A stretch of 64,000 nt of DNA. Origin: Hyphochytrium catenoides (Eukaryota; Protista; Hyphochytriomycota). Under the pieces are notes generated by a model. That model was not told the DNA's origin. It made no database searches and saw only the letters and a list, made by a program, of their open reading frames with translations. Below are positions 45,181-57,100 of the stretch, in pieces. Position 1 is the first letter of the stretch, and each line of letters begins with the position of its first letter. Location: contig FLMG01000988.1 in the NCBI GenBank assembly GCA_900088475.1, positions 62,001 through 126,000 on the forward strand, read 5' to 3'. Position numbers and translations under genes: made by a program.

Positions 45181-47421
45181 CTTCCCTACGCTTGTTTAGA
45201 GCGATGGTCATCTGATTTCCACAATAAAGGGGCCGCGGCACCGCTCGGTTTCAACTCTCTGTCCTGTGGAGCTCCGCGAAGCCTACTACTACTACGTTCC
45301 TGGTCTGGCCACTGGACTTGTCTCTGCTAGTCGTCTCAAAGATGAGGATCTTAGTGGTTCGTATTGGTGGTTATGCAGCCATCCTGACTGCAGATGGCCC
45401 TGCGGAGCATGCCATTGGCACTAGAGAGCATGGACTTTATGGCCTTCACTGTGAGTTGCCTACCAAATAAATAGCCCTAGTGTCGATCACCCTGTCCTCT
45501 TTTCCAGATTCTCGGCTACGTTTGGTGCTACCTTGACGTCCGTCGCCGCTTGGCTTCGCCGTTTAGGGCACGTACTTTAGCTAATACTGCGCGATCTTGC
45601 CAGTGGTACTACGGTTCGTGAAATTGCTCTGGCGGTTATTACCCAGGTGATTCACGATTTGCGGATTGCGTCTTAGGCAAACTGACTCGCTGTCCGCTGG
45701 ACGCTGACATCATTCCCCAGGCGACCAGCCAATTGATTGGGGCCTTTTCTTAAGAGGAAAAAGAGAATTTGCTTTCCTTCAAGTAGTGGTTTCCTGTTCG
45801 GACTATTTTTCCTTTTCCTCGTCTTCATGCTCTTTGACTTCCTCTCCGTTTATCCAGTGATGTTGGGGGCGGTTTTCTCGCCAGATTCGGTACGTCGTCG
45901 CCAAGAATGGGGTTGCTTATACTCTGGTATGCGCTTTGACCTTAATGGAGAAGGCAGCGGTTGAGCGCTGGAATAGGAATTTCATGCATATCGCGTTAGC
46001 CGCATAATAGATCCATTATGCGTCATGACTCTGGACTCCCTGTGTCCTTGTGAGCTGAGACTGTGCTGTCTCTACTGCAGCCTATATGCGCAGCCGTGCT
46101 TCTTTATCTCCAATGCTATCCGGACACCTCCCCCTACTGACTACCCAATTTTGAACTCCTCCCCCTCCCAGCGACCACCTCTTCTCTTTGTTTTGGTGAT
46201 CCTTTTTCGGCTTCGGCTGCACCCTACTCTAGAACTTCTCTCTCCCAGAGCTTCCCCTTGCGGTCCCCTCTGCGCTGCTGCTAGTGGTCCTGACGTCTCT
46301 TCTGGCCCGTGGGAGTCCCAGTGTCACTCCCTTTCCTTGGACCTGGTGAAACCTTAGACCTATCCTTGCGACTGCGGGTACGCAGTTGAATTCTCCGGAT
46401 CAAGGTTTATGTTCCTCCTCTGCCTCTCAATCACACTCCTCTCCTCCTTCTCAAGGTGACTCATCGCCGCCTCCTTCCTGGTTCTCCTCTCCCGCCTCCC
46501 CTCCTCTTACTTCTTTTTCTTGTTCTCTGCTCCACCTATTCCTCCTCTTGCTCGACGTACTCCTCGTCGCTCTCCGTGTGGGCTTTTCTCCTAAACGTTC
46601 TATCACTGCTACCATATCGGATGGGTCCCTGGACACGAAGCTTGCGCAAACGACCTTTCACTTCACTTTGTTGACCCTCCTCCTACCTAAAAAGCTACCA
46701 GCTTTGATGGCCCTTTGTGGCGTTCTGCAATGGAGGCTTAACTCTTCTCTCTCGCTGTTTGATACGTGCTCTTACCGTCTCTCCATGCTTCACACGGGAC
46801 ACTGGACGTAAGGCCCTTTTGGTATAGTATGATAAAATGATGGCCTTCATTGCAACAAATGACGCCCTAAAGGTGACGAAACGGTAATCGTTTTATCGCT
46901 TCAGCAATCCACTGGCGTCGTTCCGGTCCTTGTCCGCGGAAGGCTCTCTGCAAGTATCCCTCAGCTTTATCTTATTTGTGTAGAATTTGCCGCTGGGCTG
47001 CGAGCTTATTCCCCCTGGTGTTTCTTTACATTCACCAGGAGATGCTCTTCCGTCCTGCATGTGTAGCGAGGGATTTGTCTGGAGTCTGCCCTTTCGGGTC
47101 CTGCCTTGCCATCTAAGGTCATCGCCACGGAGACCCCATATTGTCGGCTAACTGCCCAAAAGTCAGTCGACTCACGGTGTGTTCCGTCATACTAACCCCA
47201 AATGTATCTGTTTCTTAGAATGCCAAGAGTGACCGATAGTATAAGCTTCAATCCTTTTCAGCTGGCTTCCGCATATTTCTAAAGAGCAGGGCGGGAGTGA
47301 AAGTGCCGTCCAGCTACTGCTGCTGCGGTAGGGGGTGAACCTCCCGTTTCTGTGTGATAAATAGTGGGCTCGCTGCTGCGTAGGCATTGTCTAGTTGCCG
47401 TCCCTAATAGATAGCATCAAT

Positions 47422-48745
47422 TCACCGCCCTGCGGCTGGTGTCACCGGCTCCCGACAACTTGGACAGTCGAGCGTTCTCTCAAGCCACTCCACTAGGCAT
47501 ACGCGATGAAATGTATGTCCACAAAGCAGTCTAACGACGTCGGTTAGGTCTCCATCGTCCAAGCAAATCTGGCAAAGATCCACATCCACTTCCCTAAGCT
47601 TTTTCGCCTCCTCCTCTGTCACTGGCTGGACCCTGCTCATGGCTTCTGTTAACTTGGCGGATTGGGATGTTGTAAGCGTCTGCAATGGCACTTGCGTCAG
47701 CAAGGGCATCGTGAAGGAGAAACACAAAAATGGGTAACTTCCCGCCAGTGTCCGTGTTCTCTTCAGCGAGCTTCTAATCCTAAGCTAACCAACCTTTTTT
47801 TTATCCGCAAATATCTCTCCCTTTGCCCTTCTATATTAGATCCAATTCTAGCTATTCCAAAGGTGACAATGCCAAGCTTCGCTAGACTAGGATCTGCCAG
47901 CTGCCTTCATATTTTGATAAATGAAGCTTTAACTTCCTTCATCCTTCTCCAAAAGTCTCTTTGCCCTTTCTCTTCCTTTCCATATGCTTGCCTACCTGAT
48001 CTGCGTTTAGAAACTTTTCTATAATACCCAGAACGTTAGTTTCCAGCACGTATGCACAATTTTTGAAAAGTATGCCGTTGGTGCAATCCAGGAGCTGGCA
48101 AATGAAGGCCATCAGTGCTTGTGTGCGGTGCTGCACTACTCTCAAGGTTCTGTGGAAGAACAGGAATCATAGGAATGAGAATGGACTCTGACAAAGAACG
48201 AAAGTTGAAGGTTGACCTTGAGGTCAGAAGCCTCTTTCGAGGAAAGTTGAAGGTGATGGCGATGCGTGCAGTTCCACAGCAGCCAGTGCAGTCGTGCTCC
48301 ACGCTAAGAATTGCAAGGAGCTGCTCTCGAAGCATGAAGAACTCGTTGTAACGTCGGGATACCTCCCATACGTGTCCAGCGTCATCTCCTACCTATAATG
48401 GCAGACATCAAGGGAAGAAGTAAGCTAGTATGGCAGGGTCATAGCACTCTCGGTCCATAGTAGACAGAGGCCAGTCTCTTGTCTCTCGCATTTATCTGTC
48501 ATCTGGATAGAAGTGCCATATCTACTTAGTCCTTTCCTTCGCCAAGGGCCCGTACCGTCATAATGTACCGAGTAGGAGTTCTGCTGGTGTCAGCGACCAC
48601 CCCGTCCACTGACAAGGTCTTGTTGATCGCGTCGTTTGCCATGCCTGCTCTGAGGAGACTGGTCCCAGCCGCCCTCGGCGGCAACGAAGTTTCGCCGACT
48701 CCCTCCAAGAGGTCAAAGGTCTGCCAAAATCTGTCTCGGCGCTTC
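47422..48745 (-). CDS. PX-domain plus RING-H2 protein (putative phosphoinositide-binding E3 ligase), multi-exon; start uncertain (ATG at 48642 or an upstream exon)
   Basis: Exons TRYIMTVRA / WEVSRRYNEFFMLREQL...FPRKRLL / VVQHRTQALMAFICQLL form a PX domain. The last exon has CQICLDD...LLCGHTFHRVCLVEWL...CPSCR (C3H2C3). Confidence 0.85.
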
Positions 48746-49502
48746 TAGAGGGCTTAGCTCCTAGATGCACCCCATTGATGAGCCTTCGTGAAGCCTTCCA
48801 GGGACATTCCTCTCAGGCTGTCTCGCGTCCCGGAACAATATCTGTCCGCATTGATCTCCTCCAGGCGATATGCCCTGCTAATACATGCCCAAGGTCCAGT
48901 TTGGTGGGAATCTGCCTCCCTGCGCTCTGAGACTAGTGCTGCTGTCGCCTGATGGGTTTGCCCATCATCTCTCTCCCTCTCGCTCTTTTTAGCGATGCCT
49001 CGTCATATCTCTGTAGTTCTCTGTCTCTCTTACATTACCCCGTTATCAGAAAAGACACACGGCATCTCTTTCTTCTCTGTCTCCTTTGCTACAGCTTAAT
49101 CCTTCATAACCACGAGAAAGAATCGCACAGGGTTATTACAAGGCTACAACGTTCCAATTATGACTGGGAGCCCATTAACGGCATGCAGGACACGCACCAA
49201 CGAGCGCACAATTGTCATTTCGCAATATTCTTTATAGAAAGAGTACTCTGAAAGGTTGTCATGTGCAACCTTTAGGTCTCGATGAATGACCCAGGTTGCA
49301 CTACAGTACGGATAAAGCAAATGTAGATAGGAGATACCTTACTAACAAGATGTTGTTATTGATCAGGAGAAATCTTCCTTGTCGTTGATGAAAGCCGATG
49401 AAGGCCAATGGTGGTTGTTGTTGCTTGCCTCGTAGAAGGAAAATTGAATTCTGATTGAGTGGGAGCTCATCGAATGATGAAGCTCCTTAAGCTAAAGTCG
49501 TA

Positions 49503-50695
49503 GCTGGCGACTGGTTAGGACGCAGAGTCACGATGATTGCTACTTGTACCCTACTGATTGTTGGCGGACTGCTATGTGTCGTAGCCTATGGAGGCAGCCC
49601 GACGGGTACTCTGTGGTTTTTAGTGGTGGCGAGGGGCATCCTGGGCTTTGGCATCGGTGGAGAGTATCCTTTGGCCGCCTCATCGACCGCAGAGGACTCG
49701 ACAAGTGTCAAGTCGGGAAACAGGAGCGTTGCGTTGACTTTCTCCCTTCAGGGAGTAGGATTTATGACCGCAGCTCTTGCTGGAAACATTTGAGTGCAGC
49801 TTCTGGTGGCCAACAATCCAGAGGGCGAGAACGATCCTGTTCACCTGGAGATCATTTGGCGTACACTTTTTGGTCTGAGCGTACTTCCAGCTCTGGTGAT
49901 TGTCAACTTCCGCGTTACCGCTGAAGAACCAGAGCTTTACCGGCAGGCCCAGGAGCGTAACATTGCGTCTGCTGCCACACACTCAAAGACAAGACCCCTT
50001 TTCATCCTTAGACACCATTACAAAAACCTGATCGGTACAGCTGGAACCTGCTTTCTCTTTGACATTGTGTTCTCTGCGCAGAACATCTTTTCAGCCTCTA
50101 TACCGAATGTCATTGGCGGAGAAGGGTATGAGAAGAGCGCTTCTCTTCAAATCGTAACCCTGCAGAATCTTTGCGTCTCGTTATTGGCTCTACCAGGCTA
50201 TTACGTGGCAGTGGCCTTCATCAACAGGTTAGGCAGAAAGAATATTATGCTCGAGGGATTTGTCTTCATGACAATTATCGTCCTTGTCCTTGCCATCTTT
50301 TGGGACAATTGAGCGAGAACGCTGCGGCTTTTGTCGTTCTCTACGGCCTCGCTCTATTTTTCTCGAATTTGGGACCCAACACTTCCACCTTCGTCATGCC
50401 AACAGAAATGTTCCCAACGGCGGTTCGTTCTACATGCCACGGCTTCTCCGCTGCGATGGGCAAGGTGGGTGCTTCCTTGGGGACCTATGCGTTCGCCTTA
50501 TTAACAAAGAGCAGCATCGGCTACAGTGGTGTCTTCTACCTCTTCGCGGGGATCTGTGTGATCTCTCTACCCATAACATGGTTCTTTACGTTTGATAATG
50601 ACAAGGGACTGGATGAGATGGATGCACAGTTTGAAGAGAAGCTTCAAATTGCTGCGCTGCAACTCGGGGTTCTTTCTCCTCGAACCACCATCTGA
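49503..50695 (+). pseudogene. Pht1/Pho84-type MFS phosphate transporter, 5'-truncated, with an in-frame stop and a frameshift
   Basis: GDWLGRR, RGILGFGIGGEYPLAAS, TFSLQGVG, FLFDIVF, GYYVAV, NLGPNTSTFVMPTEMFPTAVRSTCHGFSAAMGKVG. There is a TGA at 49791-49793 and a 1-nt loss at ~50310 (gacaatt-gagc). No upstream TM1-2 region and no introns were found. Confidence 0.85.
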
Positions 50696-51199
50696 CACCA
50701 GGCTTCAAGGAGTCTGCTACGCCAAGGGCCCATTTACTGACCCATTAAGTAAAACCTCGCGGTCGAAGGAGGAGTTACCTCCTCATGATGTCGCCTCTGT
50801 GTAATATACTCATTACGTCGCAAGTTTTGACGTGCGGCCATTGTGCCATTTCTCCTGCAAGCTATCATAAGCAATCAAATAATACGTACTTCATTGCCTC
50901 CTGAAGAGTTAGCTCTGATACAGCTTGATGTCTTCGGAAGGTATGATAGATCTCATGACCTTGGCATAAAAATCGTTTGCACGCAGGCCAAAGGCGCATC
51001 TTCCTGCCTTCAGTGCTACGCTCCCCCAACTCCTCAGGCCACCACCATTCCTTAGCAAACCTTTGATCGGCCAACATACCTTTGCCAACAACATTGCGAT
51101 CCTTTCATTTGTGATCAAAGAGCTCCTTTATTTACATAGCTCACTCAGATGGCCCACGGCCCCCGGAGCCATCCAAGCCTACTGTCTGACTATAGAAGT

Positions 51200-54100
51200 C
51201 TAGATGGTAACAACGTTGTCGTCCTGTCGATCATCAAAGAGGAAAGACTCAAAAGGAGGCAGCGGGAGCGATGACTGGAAGGTGCTGCGTAGAGAAGCTG
51301 AACTAGCTAAAGAGCTTAGGTGTCTCCCACGATCAGAGTCTTTCTCCGTCCACTCCATTATCACGCGAAAGATGCATTCCGTCAGTGCGTCCTGCATGTT
51401 ATAATAGACTCAGACTTTCCGAGCAGCGAAATGGCAGTGAAGGCAACAAGACTAGAACAGGATGAAGACGAAGCCAGAGGCAGCAGGGCAGAGGGAGACA
51501 GTTTACCTTATCGACCTCACTGACGCAGGAAAGGAACCATTCCGTCCTGGTGCCGTTAAGTCGATAGCCGCACACCTTGATGGTATGGGGAAGAACCTGA
51601 ACCCGACAACGTTAGTAGATCACTAGCAGGCGTCAGCCCGTTCGCTTTGCGTCACTTGCAATACCTCGTCTACCCGCTCTCCTGTCTATGTCTCATACAT
51701 TTTCTACCCACTACTCCGCTGCCGTGCCATATTCGCCTCTCTCTCCCTACTCCTCCTTACATCTGAGGGCCCCGACACGGGGCTGAAGTCTTTGACGGTA
51801 TCTTCAGCGCTGAGATGGAGAGTATTCTCCTCAGAAGCCACGAACTTCTCGTCGCCGAAGCTTTCAGGGTTCTGCACCACAGTGGAGACTTGATTTAGAA
51901 GGGTCAAGAAGAACGACGATCTAGGATCACAAGCCATCGACACACAAAGCAGCAATATTTGCCCAGTCGGAGCAAAACAGCAAGCAGGTGGCCGAAGATA
52001 GGAAACAAATAATCACGCCTACCTTCGCCAGTAACAGTGCAGGTTTTCCATCATAGGTCGGCTCTTTCGTTCGCAACAATAGCACTCCAGGAGCCCATTC
52101 CTCCTTCTTACTCAATAAAGACATACCCTTGTCCAACTTCTAATGTGCAGCAGGAAAAGAGCCCCAGAGGGAAGAAGTCAGAGTGAGGAACATTGCTTTA
52201 CAAATTAAAGTATGGGGAGCCGGGCTTGGAATCTTACCTTGACAGGCGCCATGAAAACGGCATCAGGAGCTATCTCCCGAAGCTTTGTCTGCAGCCTTAC
52301 GGTGTATTCATTGCGGTCTCGCATTCTCTTGTGCATCTCTCTGAGATCTTTGTCATTCGGCGTGCTCTGTATAAGCTTCAGCAAGGGAGTATTCCTTTGC
52401 GCTCGGGGGAATATCAAGCGCTTGAAGAACTGCAAAATAGGCAATGCGTCAGAAGTGCAACTCCAGGGATTATTTTAGAAAGCAGGTGCACGTAGGAGCT
52501 GGAACCCTTCATTGCTGTTAAACCCCCGATCAGCTGCTTTTGTCTTTCTGTCAGATTCTCAAGCCCTTAACCCTTCCAGTACTTGTACGTACTCTATATG
52601 TCCCTGCAATGAAGATGACTAAGTAGGTTGGCACAAGGAGTGCGATGAGAAGGGTGGCCAATGCTGCCACCAGCACAAGCTGAGTCTTCCATGGATGAGT
52701 CCAGTTAAATAGATTCTTGGTACTTTCAATGTCAGAGCAAATAGAACCTGCGTGCACATACAGGGCTCGTCAGAGATACATAGCCTTTTCTATTTCTGTC
52801 AACCTCCAGAGCAGTCTTCTGCAGTTCTGTACAAACAACATGGCTCACGGGCCCGGCTTCCACTCGGTCTCTTTCTTATCAGGCCTACCTAGCGTATTCT
52901 GCACATTCCTGGACACAATCTTGATTTGTCTGTAGGTGTCCAGCAGGCTGTTCTGGGATTTGGCAGCAGTCTCATCTCTAGAAGGTTGAAAAAGACGTTC
53001 CTCTTCCTCCTCTGTCAACAAAAAGGGAAGATGTATGTTAACGGAGTGACTCACTTGTAAACGTCCTGAACCTCTACTGCCACGGTACGGATGCAGAACA
53101 AGCAGCACAACATAGACAGCAGACAACAGTCTCTTTTGGAGGAGGGCTACCTTCGTCATCATGGTGAGGATAGAGTTCAGCTTCCCTTGACCAAAGCCTC
53201 AGTTGCATACGAACCAGCAATTTTCCTCTGCTTGGGGGTGGGTAAACACTCTGCAGCCCAGAAAATGGAGATTAACATAGCCAATTTTCTCCTCCATATG
53301 ACCCCATCAGATATTCTTCAAGCAAACATCCATGACGGCCAGGTATTCCATTTGTCTTTTGCGTTTGCGCTCCCCGAACACGCCGCAACGACAAATGATG
53401 AGAAACCCATCCACTTCCAATCTCTCCGAGAATATCACTCTCCGACATACCTGTGCACTATCGCCAGAGTCCACAATGTCTATCCAGCGGTGAAAGATAC
53501 CCTGATCACCTCCGAGGTGCTCATGAGTAACAAGTTCACTTAACCTCACTAAACATGGTGTCGTTAGGCTCCAAGCAATGAATCAAATGGTCGCGAAGAC
53601 AGGCAGGAACACGCATAGACTAACATAGCGTCAAGGGAGAAGTCGATTCCCTCAAGACTATGGGCGACATCTGAGCTAGTGATCTAGAGCCAAATGCGGG
53701 GTCGGGGACACAGGACTACGAATACTTCGGAACTCGTAGGATAGGAAGTATGCTTCCAGAAAAAGGAAGTAGAAGACAGATTAGAGCACGCCAGCGGCAA
53801 GGTGTGGGATAACAGCTAGAAGAGATCGGCGCTTCTACATTGCGCAACCAACAAGCGGATAATATAAGTGAGCGGCGACGCAAAGAATGCACTTTTTAAC
53901 GGTCGCTGCTGCACTTACCAACAGAGTGTCCAACATTGCCGTTTCTTTCCCCCATCAATGTGAACTTCAATTCCGCCACCGATTCCGCCCAAGGCACTAA
54001 CTCTGGCGTTCCCTGAATCACCTTTGACGGCTGAGGGATGACGAACTTGAAAGTGTGGGGGTTAAGCAAGCCGTCGCCTTGATCCCAGGTCTGTGATGGA

Positions 54101-57100
54101 TGGCAAGAAGCGTTAATCCAAAGGAAAGTGTTGAACCCGATACAAGGCAAGATGTTGATACAGCATATCTCGAGCTGTTGATAGCTTCCCTACTAAGCCA
54201 TCAACGTTTAGAAATTGCCACCCTACTCTTGGAGACAGCCAAGAAAGCAGATCATCTAGGAATGCCCACCTGGAGAGACACTTTGTTCCCGGTTTTGAAA
54301 GACGAGTTCCACATTTTCTGGACTAACGCAGCCGGTCTTAGCTGTTGAAAGATGGAGGTTCGGCGCAAGCTTGTGCTGCTTTCTGCTGCCTCATTATGGG
54401 AGATTGTTGAACTCACAGCCAGAGCCAATTTCTCGTTCTCATATTGGTCGCTTTCCCCTTCATCCGTAGCTGACACATCGGCTGCTGATGGCTTCCTTGA
54501 GCCGCTCTCCTTTACATCGTCAAGCAGTGTTAAATTAGGCTCAACCTTGTCTCCTCGTTCACTGTCTTCTTCCTTGGCAGCCCCATTTCGGTCAACTGTA
54601 TCTTCCGCTAAAATGGGGGGAAGAACTTCCCAGCTCACACAACGGCCTACAACAGGCTGTGCGCTCGTCCTCCCGATGAAGTGCTGGTCCCACATCATCC
54701 CGTGGCCAATGGTCCGCGGGAGGTAGTCTAGGTGGACGAAAAGTGTCGAAGGCAGACTGATGCCCTCACCACTTTCCTGGCCTGATTCGAAGGTATTGGG
54801 AAGAGCAAAGATGGAGAGACATCGAAGGCAGAGAGCAGATTGTCAGGAAGTGAGTGAAATGGCATCCTTAATAACCTATTAGGCGCAGCCTTGTCAACCG
54901 ACGGCTGATGACTTCAGTAAATAGAGGACAGATATCATCATATAGTAGAGTACGGACCAACACCTACTTTAGGCGCGGTTGACGACAAGTTAGAGGGAAG
55001 GAGAACTCTGCTGCGCAGAGACTGTACGGCTCATACGTATACTGACCTCCAAATTCAGCCCTTAGCACGAGGACTTTCAACTTGGCAAACTTGCTCTTTT
55101 CTTCTGCATCCACGCTCATCCAATAGCGCGAGAAGGCTCCACTCTTTCTTTGCTGATAGAAGTAGAGGAGGAGGACAAGGCAAGCGAGAGCAGGCACCAC
55201 CAGAACCTTGCTATAGTCAAAGTAAAGGCAGAAGTAAGCAAAGAGGAAGTAGAGAAATAGCGTCAAAGGCTTGTTCTCCCATCTCCACACGGAGACGACA
55301 AAGGTCTGTGCCTCCTTGATATATCCAGTAAGCCGTAGGAACCTGTACAGACATGCGAGCCATACATTCTAGTCAGCACAATCCAATTCTTCCCATTGGG
55401 TTTTTATAATTGTCAATGGGCCAAACGATGGTCCAATGAAGAGGATATTATAGTGATTAGTTGCACGGTAATGCGAAGGAAGGCCCTTGATCAGGAAGGA
55501 TCGCGAAGGTGGCAGTTTAGTCTTCAAGTACCTCGCCAAATTGGTTCTCATCTCTTCCAGACTGAAATTTGGTTCTTCTCTGGCTTTAGTCTGGGGCTGG
55601 AAAAAATGCTTCACATTGCTACTAAAAAATGCCTTCAACTGAATAAATCCTGTAGGGCCCTTGCCATTAGGTGGCGTGGATAGCAGGAGCCATTCCCCAC
55701 CGGGATCTGGTCGATCTTGGAAGGGCCCTGTCAAAGGGAACAAAGTTAGCGGCTGAGAGTAGCATTGTTGACACTAGTATCTGAGAACACGATGGTCCCA
55801 GAGAAGAGAATTATAGGAGTGTTAGGTAGCAGGACCGACTACTGGGGCCAATCCATAATAATTTGAAGAAGCCGGTGACATGTCACGTTACTTGAAAAGT
55901 AGCGCAGGTCGAAAGACACCACCAAGAAAGGACGTAAGGTTTTATGACAAACATGTCCTCAGGAAGAAAACACTGTTAGGGGAAATCCAAGAAACGGCAG
56001 AGGGTTTGGAGGGCTTAACGACCCTTGAGCCTCTTTATGTACCTGGAACTCCCGCTGGAAGGTTTCCCATGTACATGTTGGCCTGCGCCTCAAGGATATC
56101 GTATAGAGGTAGCTCTGCAAAGCCAATTGCCCGATGTGTCTGTTTGCTTCGCACCTCCACTCTGACCACCGAGTTCGTAGGACGCCGGACATAGAAAGCA
56201 ACCTAAATGAATCAGGGAGAATTGGGGGGAGGGGTGGGTGGTAAGGACAAGTCTATAGCCCAAGTAAGCAAGGAACACGTGTTGTGAGTACGGCATTTCG
56301 CTTTCGAGCTGCCAAGCCCAAAAGTGACAGTGAGAAATGCGGCAAGGTTGAGTTTCCTCACCTGGCAATTTAGGTTTGGCCTGCCATCATTGTAGCATCC
56401 TGGCGTCTTAAGTGCATGATCCTCAAATTCTGTAAAGATTGAGAAGGGGCAGTCAGTGTGTGGTGTCTCACGGTAGCGATCTACAAGCGGAGACTCCTCT
56501 ATGACCCTACTATATGCGGAGTAACTTATTTTAGCTTCAGCTAGTTTCTCTTTGCTATCCAATGCAATGGTTATCTCTCATTGCCCAGTCTCACCTATTA
56601 CGGCATAAACTTCTTCCTTCTTATCCCCTCGAGCATGAAAGAGACTGTGACAGCTGTCGGTGCATCGATGGATGCCCTTTAACACTAGATAGAGCACTCC
56701 TACGTGTGTGCTGTCCTTATTTCGCGGCATCCCCCTATCGGAAGGAGTTAAAGTTAGCTAGTGCCAACATTAAGCAAATATATATAAGGACAATCGCGTA
56801 GAGAGGTATCGTAGACTGTAGAGATTTTCTATTGGATTCGAAGGCAGGTGGTATCACTGGACAGTAACATTGGGGTGTGTGGATTAGCTTCACGGGATGG
56901 GGACAGGGGGACAGGCAATAGAAGGAGCGCACACGAGGAAATCAGATGGGAGTGAATTGACTACAATGAAACCATGAGTATGGAAACAACGAAAGTAGTC
57001 TCACTGAACCTTATTATTCTAGGCCGGCAAGAAAAGTCTCTTTCGGCTGCCAATCGACACCAAATGTGGCAATGGATGTGGCAGATTGAGCAGCGAAACC

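Noticed and set aside
49791-49793. In-frame TGA as selenocysteine or a reassigned codon
   Set aside because: TGA is used as a normal stop in neighbouring genes, and the same ORF also has a frameshift and a 5' truncation.
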